A stretch of DNA of 64,000 nucleotides from Candidatus Marinacidobacterales bacterium (GCA_965237955.1 OZ250169.1:5792001-5856000); one strand, 5' to 3'. Positions 29,197 to 39,968 are shown, numbered from the stretch's first letter. The notes: generated from the letters alone by a model not told the origin. Program-made: numbers and translations.

Positions 29197-31689
29197 ATGA
29201 AGGCAGTGCTTTGGCTAGTTTCGGTGTTTCTTTTTGCCCTTTTGGCGAACGCTGAGGAGGAGACGCCCTCGATCGCGGACAAGACCGCAGGGATGGAGCG
29301 TCTCGACGGTTTCTTCGACGTCTATTGGGACGAAACCACCGGGAAGTTGTATTGGGAGATCGACAAGTTCGACGAGGAGTTTCTCTACGCGGTCTCGCTG
29401 AGCTCCGGCCTCGGGAGCAATCCTGTGGGGCTCGATCGCGGCCAACTCGGTGGCGAGCATATCCTCGAGGCGAAGCGCATCGGTCCCCGCGTGCTGCTCA
29501 TGGAGCCGAACTACACTTATCGAGCCATCAGCGACAATCCTGACGAAGTGCAGGCGGTCAAAGACGCCTTTGCTCCGTCGGTCCATTGGGGGTTCGAGGT
29601 TGCCGCGGAGACCGGTGGCAGCGTCCTCGTGGACGCGACCGATTTCTTCCTGCGCGATACCCATGGAGCGGCCCAGCGGATCGAGCGTTCTGGACAGGGA
29701 AGCTTCCAGTTGGATCGTAGTCGCAGCGCGTTCTACATGGCGCGGACGAAGGCGTTCCCGAAGAACACCGAGATCGAGACGTTGCTCACGTTCACGAGTG
29801 GAAAACCGGGGCGGCTGGTGCGCTCGGTGGCCGCGAGCGGTGAAGCCATCACCCTGCGACAGCACCATTCCTTGGTCGAGCTTCCCGACGACAGCTTCGA
29901 GCCGAGAGTCGCCGATCCGCGTATCGGGGTCAACGGACCGACGTTCTACGACTACGCGACGCCCATCGACGAGAGCCTCACGGTACGATGGGTCGCGCGC
30001 CATCGCCTGGAGAAGAAAAACCCGGAGGCCGCTCGCTCCGAGCCGGTCGAGCCCATTGTGTATTACCTGGATCGTAGTGTTCCCGAGCCCATACGCAGTG
30101 CCCTCCTCGATGGAGCTCGGTGGTGGAACGAAGCGTTCGAAGCGGCGGGGTTCCTCGACGCGTTCCGCGTCGAGGTGCTTCCGGCCGGCGCGGACCCCAA
30201 CGACGTTCGTTACAACGTCATCCACTGGACCCACCGCTCGACGCGTGGATGGTCGTACGGCGGGTCGGTCGCCGATCCGAGGACCGGCGAGATTATCAAA
30301 GGCAACGTCAACCTTGGAAGCCTGCGACTTCGTCAGGACTACTTGATGGGCTCGGGGATGGCGCCGCTCTTCGACGGCGGAACCGCGAGCCCCGTGGGAT
30401 TGTCCGGTTGCGGCATGAGCGGGGTGCCGGGCTTTTCCTACCTCGCCCAGGTTGGGAGCGGTGCGAGCCCGCTCGAGATGGCTCTCTCGCGCGTGCGCCA
30501 GCTTTCGGCCCACGAGGTAGGTCACACCCTGGGCTTTCCCCACAACTACATGGCGAGCACCTACGGGGCCCGTGCGAGCGTGATGGACTATCCGGCGCCG
30601 CTGGTGCACATCCGCGACGGTGAGCTCGAGCTCTCCGACGCGTACGGAGTCGGTATCGGCGAGTACGACAAGCTTTCCGTCCGTTGGCTCTATAGCGATT
30701 TTGCCGGCGGCGTCGACGAAGTCCAGGCCCTCGACGCCATCGTCGAGGAAGGGCTCAGGAGCGAAATCCGGTTCATGACCCACACCGACAACTACATCGG
30801 TGCCGGGGCGCATCCTCTCGCGTCGGTGTGGGACAACGGCGCGAACCTCGTCGACATGCTCGACCACGAGCTCGAAGTGCGACGTATCGGCCTCGACAAC
30901 TTCGGCCCCGCAGTCATTCGCATCGGCGAGCCGATGTCACTTCTTGAGTTGGCGCTCGTGCCGCTCTACCTCCATCATCGCTACCAGATGAAGGCGGCGA
31001 TGAACACCGTTGGTGGTGCCGACTACTACTACGCTTTGCGCGGTGACAACCAGACTCCGGTCACGATCGTGGCTGGCCGCGAGCAACGTCGCGCGCTCGC
31101 GACGATCGTGCGGACGCTCGAGGCCGATTTTCTCGCGGTCCCCGAAGATATCCTGGAAATGATTCCGCCGCCCGCGTACCGCTACTCCGAAGGCGAGAGG
31201 TTTCCGCGGCACACCGGCCTTCTCTTCGATCCTCTGACGGCCGCCGACGTGTCGGCCGACTACACCGTGGAGTTGCTGCTGCATCCGGAACGCATGGCGC
31301 GCGTTGTTGACTATCACAGCCGGAGCAGCGACTATCCGGGGCTCGGTGAAGTCGTCGACGCGATGTTGGGCGTGACGTGGAATGCGGCGACGCCGGCCGA
31401 CACCTACTATGCTCAAGTGCAGGAAGTTGCTGAGCGGAGCGTTCTCGACGGTGTCATGGAGCAGGCCTCGAGCGCGGACAATCCGGCGCGTGTACGAGCG
31501 GTGCTCTCCGCCAAGCTCGACGAGCTGGCCGAGCAGTTGGATGCCTCGAGTGCTCGAAGCCCACACGAGAAACTCGCACTCGAGGATATTCGACGCTGGC
31601 AAAGTCGTCCCGAGGGCACGGTGCCAGGATCGAAACCACCCGAGATACCACCGGGAAGCCCAATCGGAGGCAACTCAAGCTCGAACTGA
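29197..31689 (+). CDS. Exported zinc metalloprotease (EcxA / DUF5117-DUF4953 type)
   Basis: Signal peptide; DPRTGEIIKG; HEVGHTLGFPHN zinc motif; SVMDYP Met-turn. Confidence 0.92.
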   Translation: MKAVLWLVSVFLFALLANAEEETPSIADKTAGMERLDGFFDVYWDETTGKLYWEIDKFDEEFLYAVSLSSGLGSNPVGLDRGQLGGEHILEAKRIGPRVLLMEPNYTYRAISDNPDEVQAVKDAFAPSVHWGFEVAAETGGSVLVDATDFFLRDTHGAAQRIERSGQGSFQLDRSRSAFYMARTKAFPKNTEIETLLTFTSGKPGRLVRSVAASGEAITLRQHHSLVELPDDSFEPRVADPRIGVNGPTFYDYATPIDESLTVRWVARHRLEKKNPEAARSEPVEPIVYYLDRSVPEPIRSALLDGARWWNEAFEAAGFLDAFRVEVLPAGADPNDVRYNVIHWTHRSTRGWSYGGSVADPRTGEIIKGNVNLGSLRLRQDYLMGSGMAPLFDGGTASPVGLSGCGMSGVPGFSYLAQVGSGASPLEMALSRVRQLSAHEVGHTLGFPHNYMASTYGARASVMDYPAPLVHIRDGELELSDAYGVGIGEYDKLSVRWLYSDFAGGVDEVQALDAIVEEGLRSEIRFMTHTDNYIGAGAHPLASVWDNGANLVDMLDHELEVRRIGLDNFGPAVIRIGEPMSLLELALVPLYLHHRYQMKAAMNTVGGADYYYALRGDNQTPVTIVAGREQRRALATIVRTLEADFLAVPEDILEMIPPPAYRYSEGERFPRHTGLLFDPLTAADVSADYTVELLLHPERMARVVDYHSRSSDYPGLGEVVDAMLGVTWNAATPADTYYAQVQEVAERSVLDGVMEQASSADNPARVRAVLSAKLDELAEQLDASSARSPHEKLALEDIRRWQSRPEGTVPGSKPPEIPPGSPIGGNSSSN

Positions 31690-31756
31690 CGAAATTGTTC
31701 TCGCTACGAGTGCGGGACCGGGGCAATAGCCAATTGGGGTTTACGTGCCGGATTCC

Positions 31757-31860
31757 GCACTCGAGCAACAAATTCTCGCTCTCGAAGAACGTCTGCTCAC
31801 CCGGAACTCCGCCGGTCGCGTGAGGAGCTCCCGAAGCTCCTCGCCGACGATTTTCGGACG
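31757..31860 (+). pseudogene. Remnant of a DUF4440/NTF2-like gene
   Basis: LEQQILALEERLL / PELRRSREELPKLLADDF across a frameshift. Confidence 0.45.
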
Positions 31861-31905
31861 TTTCGACAGGGAGGCAATCATCACCGTTCTGCAAGGAGCA
31901 CTCCG

Positions 31906-32220
31906 ATGAAAACGCTCTATCTGATTCTCGCGCTCGTCGGCGCCGTCGTTCCCTACATATTCTTCATGCAGCACTTTTCGAGCGAAGGGATCGGCCTCGT
32001 CGGTTTCGTAAAGGCGTTGTTTGCAAATCCCGCTGCTTCTGGTTTCACGGCGGACTTGCTGATAACCTCGTCGATATTCTGGATATTCATGTTCCATCAA
32101 CACAAGCGCAGAAAGGGGCCGAGCCCCCTAATCTTCATCCTTCTCAATTTGCTCATTGGCCTCTCGTGTGCATTCCCCGCATACCTCTATGCGCGCGAGC
32201 GGCGGGAATCAGCCGCATAG
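31906..32220 (+). CDS. DUF2834-like membrane protein
   Basis: LFANPAASGFTADL...IGLSCAFPAYLYARE; AAGGAG RBS. Confidence 0.8.
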   Translation: MKTLYLILALVGAVVPYIFFMQHFSSEGIGLVGFVKALFANPAASGFTADLLITSSIFWIFMFHQHKRRKGPSPLIFILLNLLIGLSCAFPAYLYARERRESAA

Positions 32221-32263
32221 AGCCGCCAAGTGTTTCGCATACTAGACGTGAAGGCGCACAGCT

Positions 32264-32620
32264 ATGGACATTTGGATTCTCTTCGTAATGAACGCCGCAG
32301 TGCTCGCTATCCTGGTTGCGGGCTTCTTCGTCGTCACGAACGTGATGCTACGGAATGTTCCAGACAACCAGCGAGCTGCGGTCTTTCGCGGAGGTTCGTT
32401 TCTGAAGCTCGGCGGGCCTGGACGGACGCTCGTATTGCCGATGGTGGACCGGGCTGTCATGCTCACCATCGGCGATGAAGGCACCGCCCTGGTCGAGGGA
32501 CGCGCGCAGTTCGGGGGCGCGGATATCCCGGTGCGCTCGTCGGCGCATCTCGAATCAGGGGAGCGAGTTCGCATCATTGGTTTCGATCGCGAGGAAGCAG
32601 CGGTCATCTTGAAGGCGTGA
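32264..32620 (+). CDS. Small membrane protein with SPFH-like stub and NfeD-like C-terminus
   Basis: TM helix; [22 protein letters not shown]; IGDEG...GERVRIIG. Confidence 0.55.
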   Translation: MDIWILFVMNAAVLAILVAGFFVVTNVMLRNVPDNQRAAVFRGGSFLKLGGPGRTLVLPMVDRAVMLTIGDEGTALVEGRAQFGGADIPVRSSAHLESGERVRIIGFDREEAAVILKA

Positions 32621-33078
32621 GCGTCATCTGTTGGGAGAACTACATGCCGCTCGCACGTATGGCGATGTACGACAAGGGTGTGGAGGTCTACCTCGCGCCG
32701 ACTGCCGATGCGCGGGATACGTGGCAAGCCACGCTACGCCACGTCGCTCTCGAGGGGCGGTGTTTCGTTCTGGGATCCAACCAGTACGTCACCAAATCGA
32801 TGTACCCGGACGATCTCGCGAGCATCGAGGAGCTCGAAGATCAGCCCGAGGTCATGTGCCGTGGCGGCAGCGTCATCGTCTCACCCTTGGGCGAAGTGCT
32901 CGCGGGACCGCTCTTCGATGAAGAAGGCATTTTGACCGCGGAGCTCGACCTCGGCGAGATCGCTCGCGCGAAGCTCGATTTCGACGTCGTAGGTCACTAC
33001 GCCCGCCCGGACGTATTCAAGCTCAGCGTCGACGAACGGCCGTCCCGCTCCGTCACCCGCGAGTCCGATTCAACGTGA
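32617..33078 (+). pseudogene. C-terminal half of a nitrilase
   Basis: [11 protein letters not shown] nucleophile motif at the very start and [14 protein letters not shown]; region carrying catalytic Glu/Lys absent. Confidence 0.75.
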
Positions 33079-33103
33079 GCGGTCGAGTTGCTACTCTAAC
33101 CAG

Positions 33104-33664
33104 GTGAGACTTCTGGCCGCGGTCGTCGCCATCGTTCTATCGGCCCTCAGTTGCGCTCCACCGACAAACTGGACGGATCTGCGTTCGGTCGACGATCTGA
33201 AAGACGCTTTCAACCGCGATCAAGGGCAAGTGCGCCTCGTCCTGATCTTGTCGCCGACGTGAGGGGTTTGCGTTCAGGGCGCCCGGTGGGTGCAAACGAA
33301 CATTCTCGACGCCAAGCCGGACGCCGCGATTCGCGTCTATGCGATCTTCTTCGAGATCGTCGCCGGAGACAAAGGAGCGAAATACGAAGTCGAACCTCAC
33401 GAGCTGCTCGATGACCCGCGGGTGACACACTTTTGGGATGAACGCAGGCTGACCGGCCGCTGGTTCGACGAGAACGTGACACGGATCGGAAAGCGCACCG
33501 GCGAAGAAGGCCGCATCGAGTGGGATACGTTCATCCTTTACGATGATCGCGCGGAGTGGACCGACGAGCCGCCGCACACCGTGAGCTGGGGACGGCCGGT
33601 TATTCAGGAAAAAACTCGCCTCCTCCGAGATCTGGAGGAAGCGTTGGCGCGCCTTCCGGAATAG
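33104..33664 (+). CDS. Candidate selenoprotein: thioredoxin-like lipoprotein with U-x-x-C (in-frame TGA at 33260-33262)
   Basis: MRLLAAVVAIVLSALSC...FNRDQGQVRLVLILSPT-U-GVCVQGARWV continues in frame into ORF 33290-33664; hairpin just after the UGA. Confidence 0.8.
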
Positions 33665-34830
33665 CTTCGCTCGGCGCAGGCCTTGGCGCGAGAAGCTTGA
33701 AAAGCGTCGGGAAGACGACTCCGGTCACGATCGCGAGGAGAATGACGGCGGCGCTCGTCGGGGAGTCGATCACTTCCATTTCCCGTCCCAGCGTTGCGAT
33801 GGCGACGAGGAGGGTCAACGGCGTCGCCAGCAGAAACGCGCCGGCGGCGACGGCGCGGAGTTGAAGTTCCAGCAACAGTAACAGGGTAGAGGGCACGAGC
33901 TTCGCGACCAGCGAGGCGAGGCCGAGAACGACGAGCGCTCGTCCCAACGTCGACACGTCACCAAGCGCGGACCATTCGAACGTGACACCCACATTAATAA
34001 AGAAAATAGGCACGAAGAAGCCCTGTCCGAGGGCCACTAGCTTGGTCTCGAGGACTCCGGTCTCGCGGAAGACGTAAGCGAACAACATCCCGGCCAAGAA
34101 CGCGCCCAGGATTGCCTCGAGACCCACCCACGCGGCGAGTGCCGCCAGGCCCAGCATGAGCACGAACCCGAAGCGCACGCCGAGCTCCGATGGGTCCTCC
34201 TCCCGCACCCATCGTTGAAAGCTGTGTGGAAACCACCAAGCCGCGAGCCGCATCAGCGCGAGCACCGCGAGGGCAACGACGAACAGCAGAAGCACCTGAA
34301 AGGCTGCCGCGCCCAGCTCGAGACTGATACCGTGCTTGATGGACGAGGTGGTATGCGGTAAGCGTCAGGAGAGTGAGGAACTCTCCGATGGAGCCCACGA
34401 GCAGGAGGATCTGGCCCCAGCGTGTTTGGGACGCGTTGGCCTCGACGAGCGCGACGAGAAGAACGCCGACCGACATCGCGCCAATCACGAGCGCCATGAA
34501 GGGTGGCATCTCGAGTCGCACCACGATGAACGCCGCGGTCGCGAGGACGAGGGAGGCCACCACGAACGCGAGGGTGACCGCCTTTCGTCCTTCACGCTCG
34601 ATGCGGTTGAAGTCGATCTCCATCCCGACGAGGAACATGAGGTAAATGAAGCCGAGCTCGGCGAGAAAATCGGTGGCTTGGCTCTCGTGGACCACGCCGG
34701 CGGCGCCAATGGCTAGGCCGAAGAGAATCTCGGCAACGGCCGCCGGCACGTGGATCCGGGACGCGACCAGGGGCATGAGAAACGCCCCGGTGTAGAAGAC
34801 GACGAGAGATAGGGCTTCAGCCAGCTCCAT
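33600..34830 (-). CDS. Cation:proton antiporter (CPA2/Kef-like), split by a frameshift near 34336
   Basis: LAELGFIYLMFLVGMEID in the first frame; GLEAILGAFLAG and GFFVPIFFINVG in the second. Confidence 0.85.
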
Positions 34831-36331
34831 GCACTCGCTCGCGGTGAGAGAGCGCGAGGACCGAGCTCGGACACCTCGTGATGATCTGAAGAGCTGTGTC
34901 GGGGTTGAAGAACGACGACTTTTGCCCCGCTCGGTGGGAAATCACGAGGAGGTCGCCATCGCCGGCGATGGTTTCGATCTCCTTGGCGGGGTTACCCTCT
35001 TTCACGATTTGATCGATCTTGATGTGATAGAGCGAGCCGACCTCCATGACCGTCTTGAGCGCTTCTTTTTGGTCGTCGACCGCTTCTTGGCCGACGATGA
35101 ACGCCGGTGGGGTCACGACCACGGCGGCGATCTCCAACGTCAGCTGCCGCGACAAATCGATGGCAAGCTCGGCCGCGAGCACGGTCGCGTCGGGGTCGAG
35201 CACCGGTAGCAGAATACGTCGATAAGGTTGGGTTCCGGCGGCGAGCAGCATCGGGCACGCGACGGTGTCGAGCACTTCCGCGAACGGAGGTCGGCTGAAA
35301 CCGATACGGCTCCAGAAACCGACGTGCGGTTTCGGGATCACGAACAGCCCGCAGTCGAGCCCGGGCAGGTCGCGCCGCACGATCGTGAGCAGGCTGTCGG
35401 TGGTGTTCACCGTTTGGGTCTCGATCCTCCCACGAGAAAGCTCGAGCGCGGGAGCGGGAGCACTCTTCGACGTCAACGCGCGAGCCGCCCGGGTTCGTGT
35501 GTTGTCCACGACGTACACGACTTCGTCCCAATAGGTATTGCTTTCCTCTGCTTGTGCGTACGCCACGGTGCGGACACCGTACTGAAGAGGAAAGCGGGCC
35601 ACGCCTTCGCGCAGGTAGTCGGCGATGTAAGGAAGTATCTCGGGCTCGCCCGTCAATAGAAGCCTGTCGCCCTCGCGAATGATGACGTGTCCGTGCGGGA
35701 CGACGTAGCGGTCTTGACGGTAGATCGCAGCGACCAGCCACCGTCGCGCACGAAGATCACGGACGCGCGCGTCGACGGCCGGCGAGCTTCTCAAGACCGG
35801 AATCTCCAGAATCTCGCCTTCGCCGAGCCCGACACCGCTCGCGACCTGGTGTGCTCGCTCGATCCGGTTCTTGATCAGTCCCGCGACCGCTTGCGGGCGG
35901 CTGACCATTTCGGCGCCGGCGCTCTTGAACCACTCCTCGTGCTCGGGGCGGCGCACGAGCCCGATCGTCGTCGGGGGAACCGGAATCGAGCTTGCCACGC
36001 GGCACGCCTCGGCGTTGATCTCGTCCTTGTTCGTCACCGCGGCCAGCCATTCTGCGCCGTCGAGACCCGCCTCTTTCAAATTGAGCAAACTCGTCCCGTC
36101 TTTTTCGAACAGGCGCACGTCGCGATCGGGAAGCTCGCGCTTGAGCCGTTCGAGGCGATCCGCGTCGATATCGAGCACCGCGATATCCCAACTATCGGAG
36201 AGCGTGCGCGCGAGGGCGCGGCCCGTTTGCCCAGCACCGACGATGACGACACGGCGTCTCGTCGGGCTCACTTCTTCGGTGGCATTAGCTTCGGCCGCGG
36301 TCGGTTTTTCCGGCTCGGGCATGGAGGTCAT
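34817..36331 (-). CDS. TrkA_N / TrkA_C / universal-stress-domain protein
   Basis: IVGAGQTG Rossmann motif; VPHGHVIIREGDRLLLTG RCK_C; C-terminal USP-like domain (EGNPAKEI, DLLVI). Confidence 0.85.
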   Translation of the reverse strand: MTSMPEPEKPTAAEANATEEVSPTRRRVVIVGAGQTGRALARTLSDSWDIAVLDIDADRLERLKRELPDRDVRLFEKDGTSLLNLKEAGLDGAEWLAAVTNKDEINAEACRVASSIPVPPTTIGLVRRPEHEEWFKSAGAEMVSRPQAVAGLIKNRIERAHQVASGVGLGEGEILEIPVLRSSPAVDARVRDLRARRWLVAAIYRQDRYVVPHGHVIIREGDRLLLTGEPEILPYIADYLREGVARFPLQYGVRTVAYAQAEESNTYWDEVVYVVDNTRTRAARALTSKSAPAPALELSRGRIETQTVNTTDSLLTIVRRDLPGLDCGLFVIPKPHVGFWSRIGFSRPPFAEVLDTVACPMLLAAGTQPYRRILLPVLDPDATVLAAELAIDLSRQLTLEIAAVVVTPPAFIVGQEAVDDQKEALKTVMEVGSLYHIKIDQIVKEGNPAKEIETIAGDGDLLVISHRAGQKSSFFNPDTALQIITRCPSSVLALSHRERVHGAG

Positions 36332-36344
36332 TGTACCTGACCTA

Positions 36345-38066
36345 TCAATAACCGATCGCGGCGCTGGCGCGATAAGGTTCCACGCCCCCGCGAAGGCGCG
36401 TCTCGTCCCAGTCGATCAAGATGCCGCTCGGTCGACCGAAGTGAGAGCTCATGAAGCTTTCGAGCGCGGTGGTGACGTCGTATCCGCGCTCGCGCAAGCC
36501 ATCGGCAACTTGGGAACGAAAAAGTCCGTCGACGAGGACCCCGCTCGCTGCCTCGCGGTGAATACGGGGCGCGGCGATGGCTTCCTGTATGCCCATGTCG
36601 TGGTCCACCAGGTTGAGGAGGACTTGCAACACCGCGCTCATGATCTTGCGCGCTCCCGGGGAGCCGACGGCCGCGAACGCGCCGTCGCTATCGAATAGCA
36701 AGCACGGGGCAGCCGCATGGAGCGCACGCTTGCCGGGAGCGATCGAGCTGATGTGGCCGGGCTCGGGGTCGAACCACATCATCCCATTGTTGAGGACCAC
36801 GCCGAGACCCGGAACGGTGACGGCCGAGCCGAACCTCGCACCGAGCGTCGCGGTCAACGCGACCATGTTCCGTTCCCGATCGATGACGTTGAGGTGAGTC
36901 GTGTGCTGGCCGGGAGCATCGCCCGAGCCTTCGACTGAGGTTGCCCTCGTGTCATAGCGCCAAGGATCGCCAGACGGGAGAGGCTCGATGGTGGGACCGT
37001 TCGCATCGATCAGGGCCCGGCGCTCGTCAACGTAACCTTTCGCGCTAAGCCCTTCGAGCGGCACCGGAACGCTTCCAGGGTCGCCGAGAAAACGAAACCG
37101 ATCGGTGTACGCCATGCGAAGCGCTTCGGCGATGAGGTGCAGCCGGGTTATCGAGTCGTGAGCCAGAGGCTCGAGGGCGAAGCCGTCCAGCAGTTGGAGC
37201 GCAAACGCAACGGTAGGTCCACCGCTGTTCTCCGGCAGGCACGCGATTTCACAATCCCGGTAAGGCACGACCAACGGCTCGAGGACACGTGCCCGGTACG
37301 TTTCGAAGTCCTCCAGCGTGAGCACGCCCTCATGTTCACGGAGAAAGTCCACCGTCGCCGCGGCGAAGCGCCCCGAGTAGAAAACGTCAGGCCCTTCGTC
37401 CGCGATAACGCGCAACGTCTTCGCGAGCTCCGGCTGACGAAGACGTTCCGGCCGCGCAACCTGGAAGCTCGGAACCAGGGGCGTGCCGTCTTCGTGAAAA
37501 AAGATCGCCATGGTTTCGTCGAATGGGCCCAACCGTGACGCGGACGCGGCCGACTGGACGAAGAAATACTCGTCGACAGCGTAACCGTCTTCGGCGAGAC
37601 GAATCGCGGGCCCGAACAGGTCACACCATGGCAGGTCCCCGGATCCTTCGTGAAGCTTCTTCAAGGCAGCGAGGGCTCCCGGGACGGTTGGGGCCCGATA
37701 GCCTGTTTCCGAAGCATCGTCTGCGGTCGCTCGCCAGCCGTAGAGTCCGAGGCTCGTCGTCCCGTGGTCGGCGAGCTCGAACATGTCTTCCCGCGTTTCG
37801 CGCGGCGCTAGCGCGCTTCCGTCGTAGCAAACAGTGCGCTCGGTCTTCGCATCGTAAGAGACAGCGTACGCGCACCCACCAAGTCCGCTCAGGAACGGCT
37901 CGACGACACCAACCGCGAGCGCGGTGGCGACAGCTGCATCGGCGGCGCTACCGCCAGCGCGCAGTATCTCGACACCGGCCTCGGCGGCGAGAGGGTGCAT
38001 CGCCGTTACCATGCCGTTATCAGCAACGGCCTCGGTCTTCGCGATCGCTTGTTCGGTGCGGTTCAA
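36345..38066 (-). CDS. ggt: Gamma-glutamyltransferase family protein
   Basis: GGSAADAAVA, VVEPFLSGLGG, HTTHLNVID nucleophile, GSPG; TTG start at 38066 overlaps the upstream stop. Confidence 0.9.
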   Translation of the reverse strand: MNRTEQAIAKTEAVADNGMVTAMHPLAAEAGVEILRAGGSAADAAVATALAVGVVEPFLSGLGGCAYAVSYDAKTERTVCYDGSALAPRETREDMFELADHGTTSLGLYGWRATADDASETGYRAPTVPGALAALKKLHEGSGDLPWCDLFGPAIRLAEDGYAVDEYFFVQSAASASRLGPFDETMAIFFHEDGTPLVPSFQVARPERLRQPELAKTLRVIADEGPDVFYSGRFAAATVDFLREHEGVLTLEDFETYRARVLEPLVVPYRDCEIACLPENSGGPTVAFALQLLDGFALEPLAHDSITRLHLIAEALRMAYTDRFRFLGDPGSVPVPLEGLSAKGYVDERRALIDANGPTIEPLPSGDPWRYDTRATSVEGSGDAPGQHTTHLNVIDRERNMVALTATLGARFGSAVTVPGLGVVLNNGMMWFDPEPGHISSIAPGKRALHAAAPCLLFDSDGAFAAVGSPGARKIMSAVLQVLLNLVDHDMGIQEAIAAPRIHREAASGVLVDGLFRSQVADGLRERGYDVTTALESFMSSHFGRPSGILIDWDETRLRGGVEPYRASAAIGY

Positions 38067-38740
38067 GCGAGAAGCTTTCCGAAGAAATCCAAAGTGCGTT
38101 CTTTGGCGAGCTTCGACGCTGCTTCGTCGAAGGCTCCTCGTCGGTCGCAGTTGAACCCGTGTCCCGCGTCGTAGACGTGGACCTCGGCATCGGGATGGGC
38201 TTTTTGGATCGCTTCGATGTCGCTCGAGGGAATGGACGCGTCCTTTGCTCCGAAATGCATGAGCAGAGGACAGCGCGCGGTTTCGTTCACGTAGGGCATG
38301 ATTTGCCCGCCGTAGTAGACGACGGCCGCGTGGATGTCGACTCGCGTAGCGGAAAGGTAAGAGATCGACCCGCCCCAGCAATAACCGACCGTCCCGACTT
38401 TCAATCCTTCATCGCCGAGCACCGTCACTGCTGCTTTGACGTCGAGGATCGTATCGTCCCACGAGAACTCTCCACGAAGTTTCCTTCCGAGAGACACGTT
38501 TTCTTTCGTATAGGTGAGCTCCGCGTTCTTGTGAGAGCTGCGGTCGTAGAGTTCGGGAGCGATCGCCGCGTACCCGTCTTCGGCGAAGCGATCGCACACG
38601 TCGCGAATGTGGGTGTTGACCCCGAAGATCTCCTGGAGGACGACGACGACGCCCTTGGCGCTGCCATCCGTACCGGCGCGATAGGCACCCAACGAGTGGC
38701 CGTCCGATGCTGTGAGGGTGAAGGTTGTACCCATGGTCAT
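38063..38740 (-). CDS. Dienelactone hydrolase family protein
   Basis: QEIFGVN, GYCWGG, AGHGFNCD. Confidence 0.93.
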   Translation of the reverse strand: MTMGTTFTLTASDGHSLGAYRAGTDGSAKGVVVVLQEIFGVNTHIRDVCDRFAEDGYAAIAPELYDRSSHKNAELTYTKENVSLGRKLRGEFSWDDTILDVKAAVTVLGDEGLKVGTVGYCWGGSISYLSATRVDIHAAVVYYGGQIMPYVNETARCPLLMHFGAKDASIPSSDIEAIQKAHPDAEVHVYDAGHGFNCDRRGAFDEAASKLAKERTLDFFGKLLA

Positions 38741-39684
38741 TCTCCCGACACGTTGCTCCCCGAAATCAACACTGCGAGACGCTTATCGCGAAACCGTTCA
38801 CGATGCGCGGTGGCGGCGGCCAAAGGGACCGCCCCCGCGGGCTCGACCTTGAGACCCAGGTCGCGTTCGATTGCGGTCATCGCTCGCCGGATCGCCTCGT
38901 CGTCGACGAGCAACATGTCGTCGGTGACTTCGACCATGGTGGTCACGGCTTCGGGAACGGGAACCCGCGTCGCGACCCCGTCGGCGATCGTGGATACGCT
39001 TTCGGTGGTGACGACTTTCTGTTCGCGGAACGATCGCTCCATCGCGGGCGCAGCGACCGCACCGGTACCGATGACGAGCGTCGCCGGGGCGTGCGCCTTG
39101 ACCCAGGTGCCGACGCCTCCGATGAGCGCTCCGTTTCCAACCGGAATCAGTACGGCGTCGAAAGGCTCAGGCCACTGCAATAGCTCGACCGCGAGTGTCC
39201 CCGCGCCCTCGGTGATGGCGACGTCGCGGCCGTCCTCGATGAACGTCCGGCCTTCGTCGGACGCGAACTGCCGGCAGGCATTCTTCGCCGCATCGAAATC
39301 GTCACCGACCAGGCGAACCTCGGCGCCGAGTTGGCGCATCCGCTCGACTTTGAAAGGGTTCGCCGCGGTCGCGGCGTAGACGATGAGCCTGATCTCGTGC
39401 TTGCGAGCGGCGTAGGCCAGTCCCTGTCCGAAATTTCCGGCGGACGCGCACGTCCATGTCTGCAAGAGTGGAGTCGAGGCTTTGTGGACGTGGGTGAAGT
39501 ACGCAGCACCTCTCCCTTTGAACGAGCGCACCGGGTTGACGCATTCGACTTTGACGATGATCTCTGCGCCGACGACGTCGCTGAGCGCATCATTTTGGAA
39601 TTGTGGCGAGTCGAGAAAAACGGGATCGATGACGGAGCGCGCCTCGGCGATGTGCTCGAGCGAGACCGAAGGCGCCGGGTCCAT
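38737..39684 (-). CDS. PLP-dependent threonine/serine dehydratase family enzyme
   Basis: NPVRSFKGRGA PLP lysine, ASAGNFGQG, PVGNGALIGG, VEPAGA, ISGSN. Confidence 0.9.
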   Translation of the reverse strand: MDPAPSVSLEHIAEARSVIDPVFLDSPQFQNDALSDVVGAEIIVKVECVNPVRSFKGRGAAYFTHVHKASTPLLQTWTCASAGNFGQGLAYAARKHEIRLIVYAATAANPFKVERMRQLGAEVRLVGDDFDAAKNACRQFASDEGRTFIEDGRDVAITEGAGTLAVELLQWPEPFDAVLIPVGNGALIGGVGTWVKAHAPATLVIGTGAVAAPAMERSFREQKVVTTESVSTIADGVATRVPVPEAVTTMVEVTDDMLLVDDEAIRRAMTAIERDLGLKVEPAGAVPLAAATAHRERFRDKRLAVLISGSNVSGE

Positions 39685-39719
39685 GGCGGCCGATTCTATC
39701 GTACTTGGAGAGAGCGCTC

Positions 39720-39968
39720 TTAGTCGTCTGTCTTTTCCGGAGTGATGTTCTTCATCTCCGATTCACGATCGTCTCGGCTGCGCCACATGCCGAGCATGAC
39801 GGCGAGCACACCGAGGATCGCCTCGTCGATGAGAAAAATCGGATCGGGTGTGACTATGTCCACCGTGAAGAGCGCGACGAGCAGCAGAAAGAGCTGCGGG
39901 AACCTGAGGCTCGATAGGAACTTCCGGATGATTCCTTGCCGCTCTTCCTTCCCAATAGATGTAGGCAT
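39720..39968 (-). CDS. DUF6116-like small membrane protein
   Basis: LRFPQLF...DIVTPDPIFLIDEAILG. Confidence 0.75.
   Translation of the reverse strand: MPTSIGKEERQGIIRKFLSSLRFPQLFLLLVALFTVDIVTPDPIFLIDEAILGVLAVMLGMWRSRDDRESEMKNITPEKTDD

Noticed and set aside
37523-39379. 618-aa plus-strand ORF and similar long antisense ORFs (29215-30867, 40851-42611, 57683-59065)
   Set aside because: Shadow frames opposite well-supported genes in GC-rich DNA; no motifs
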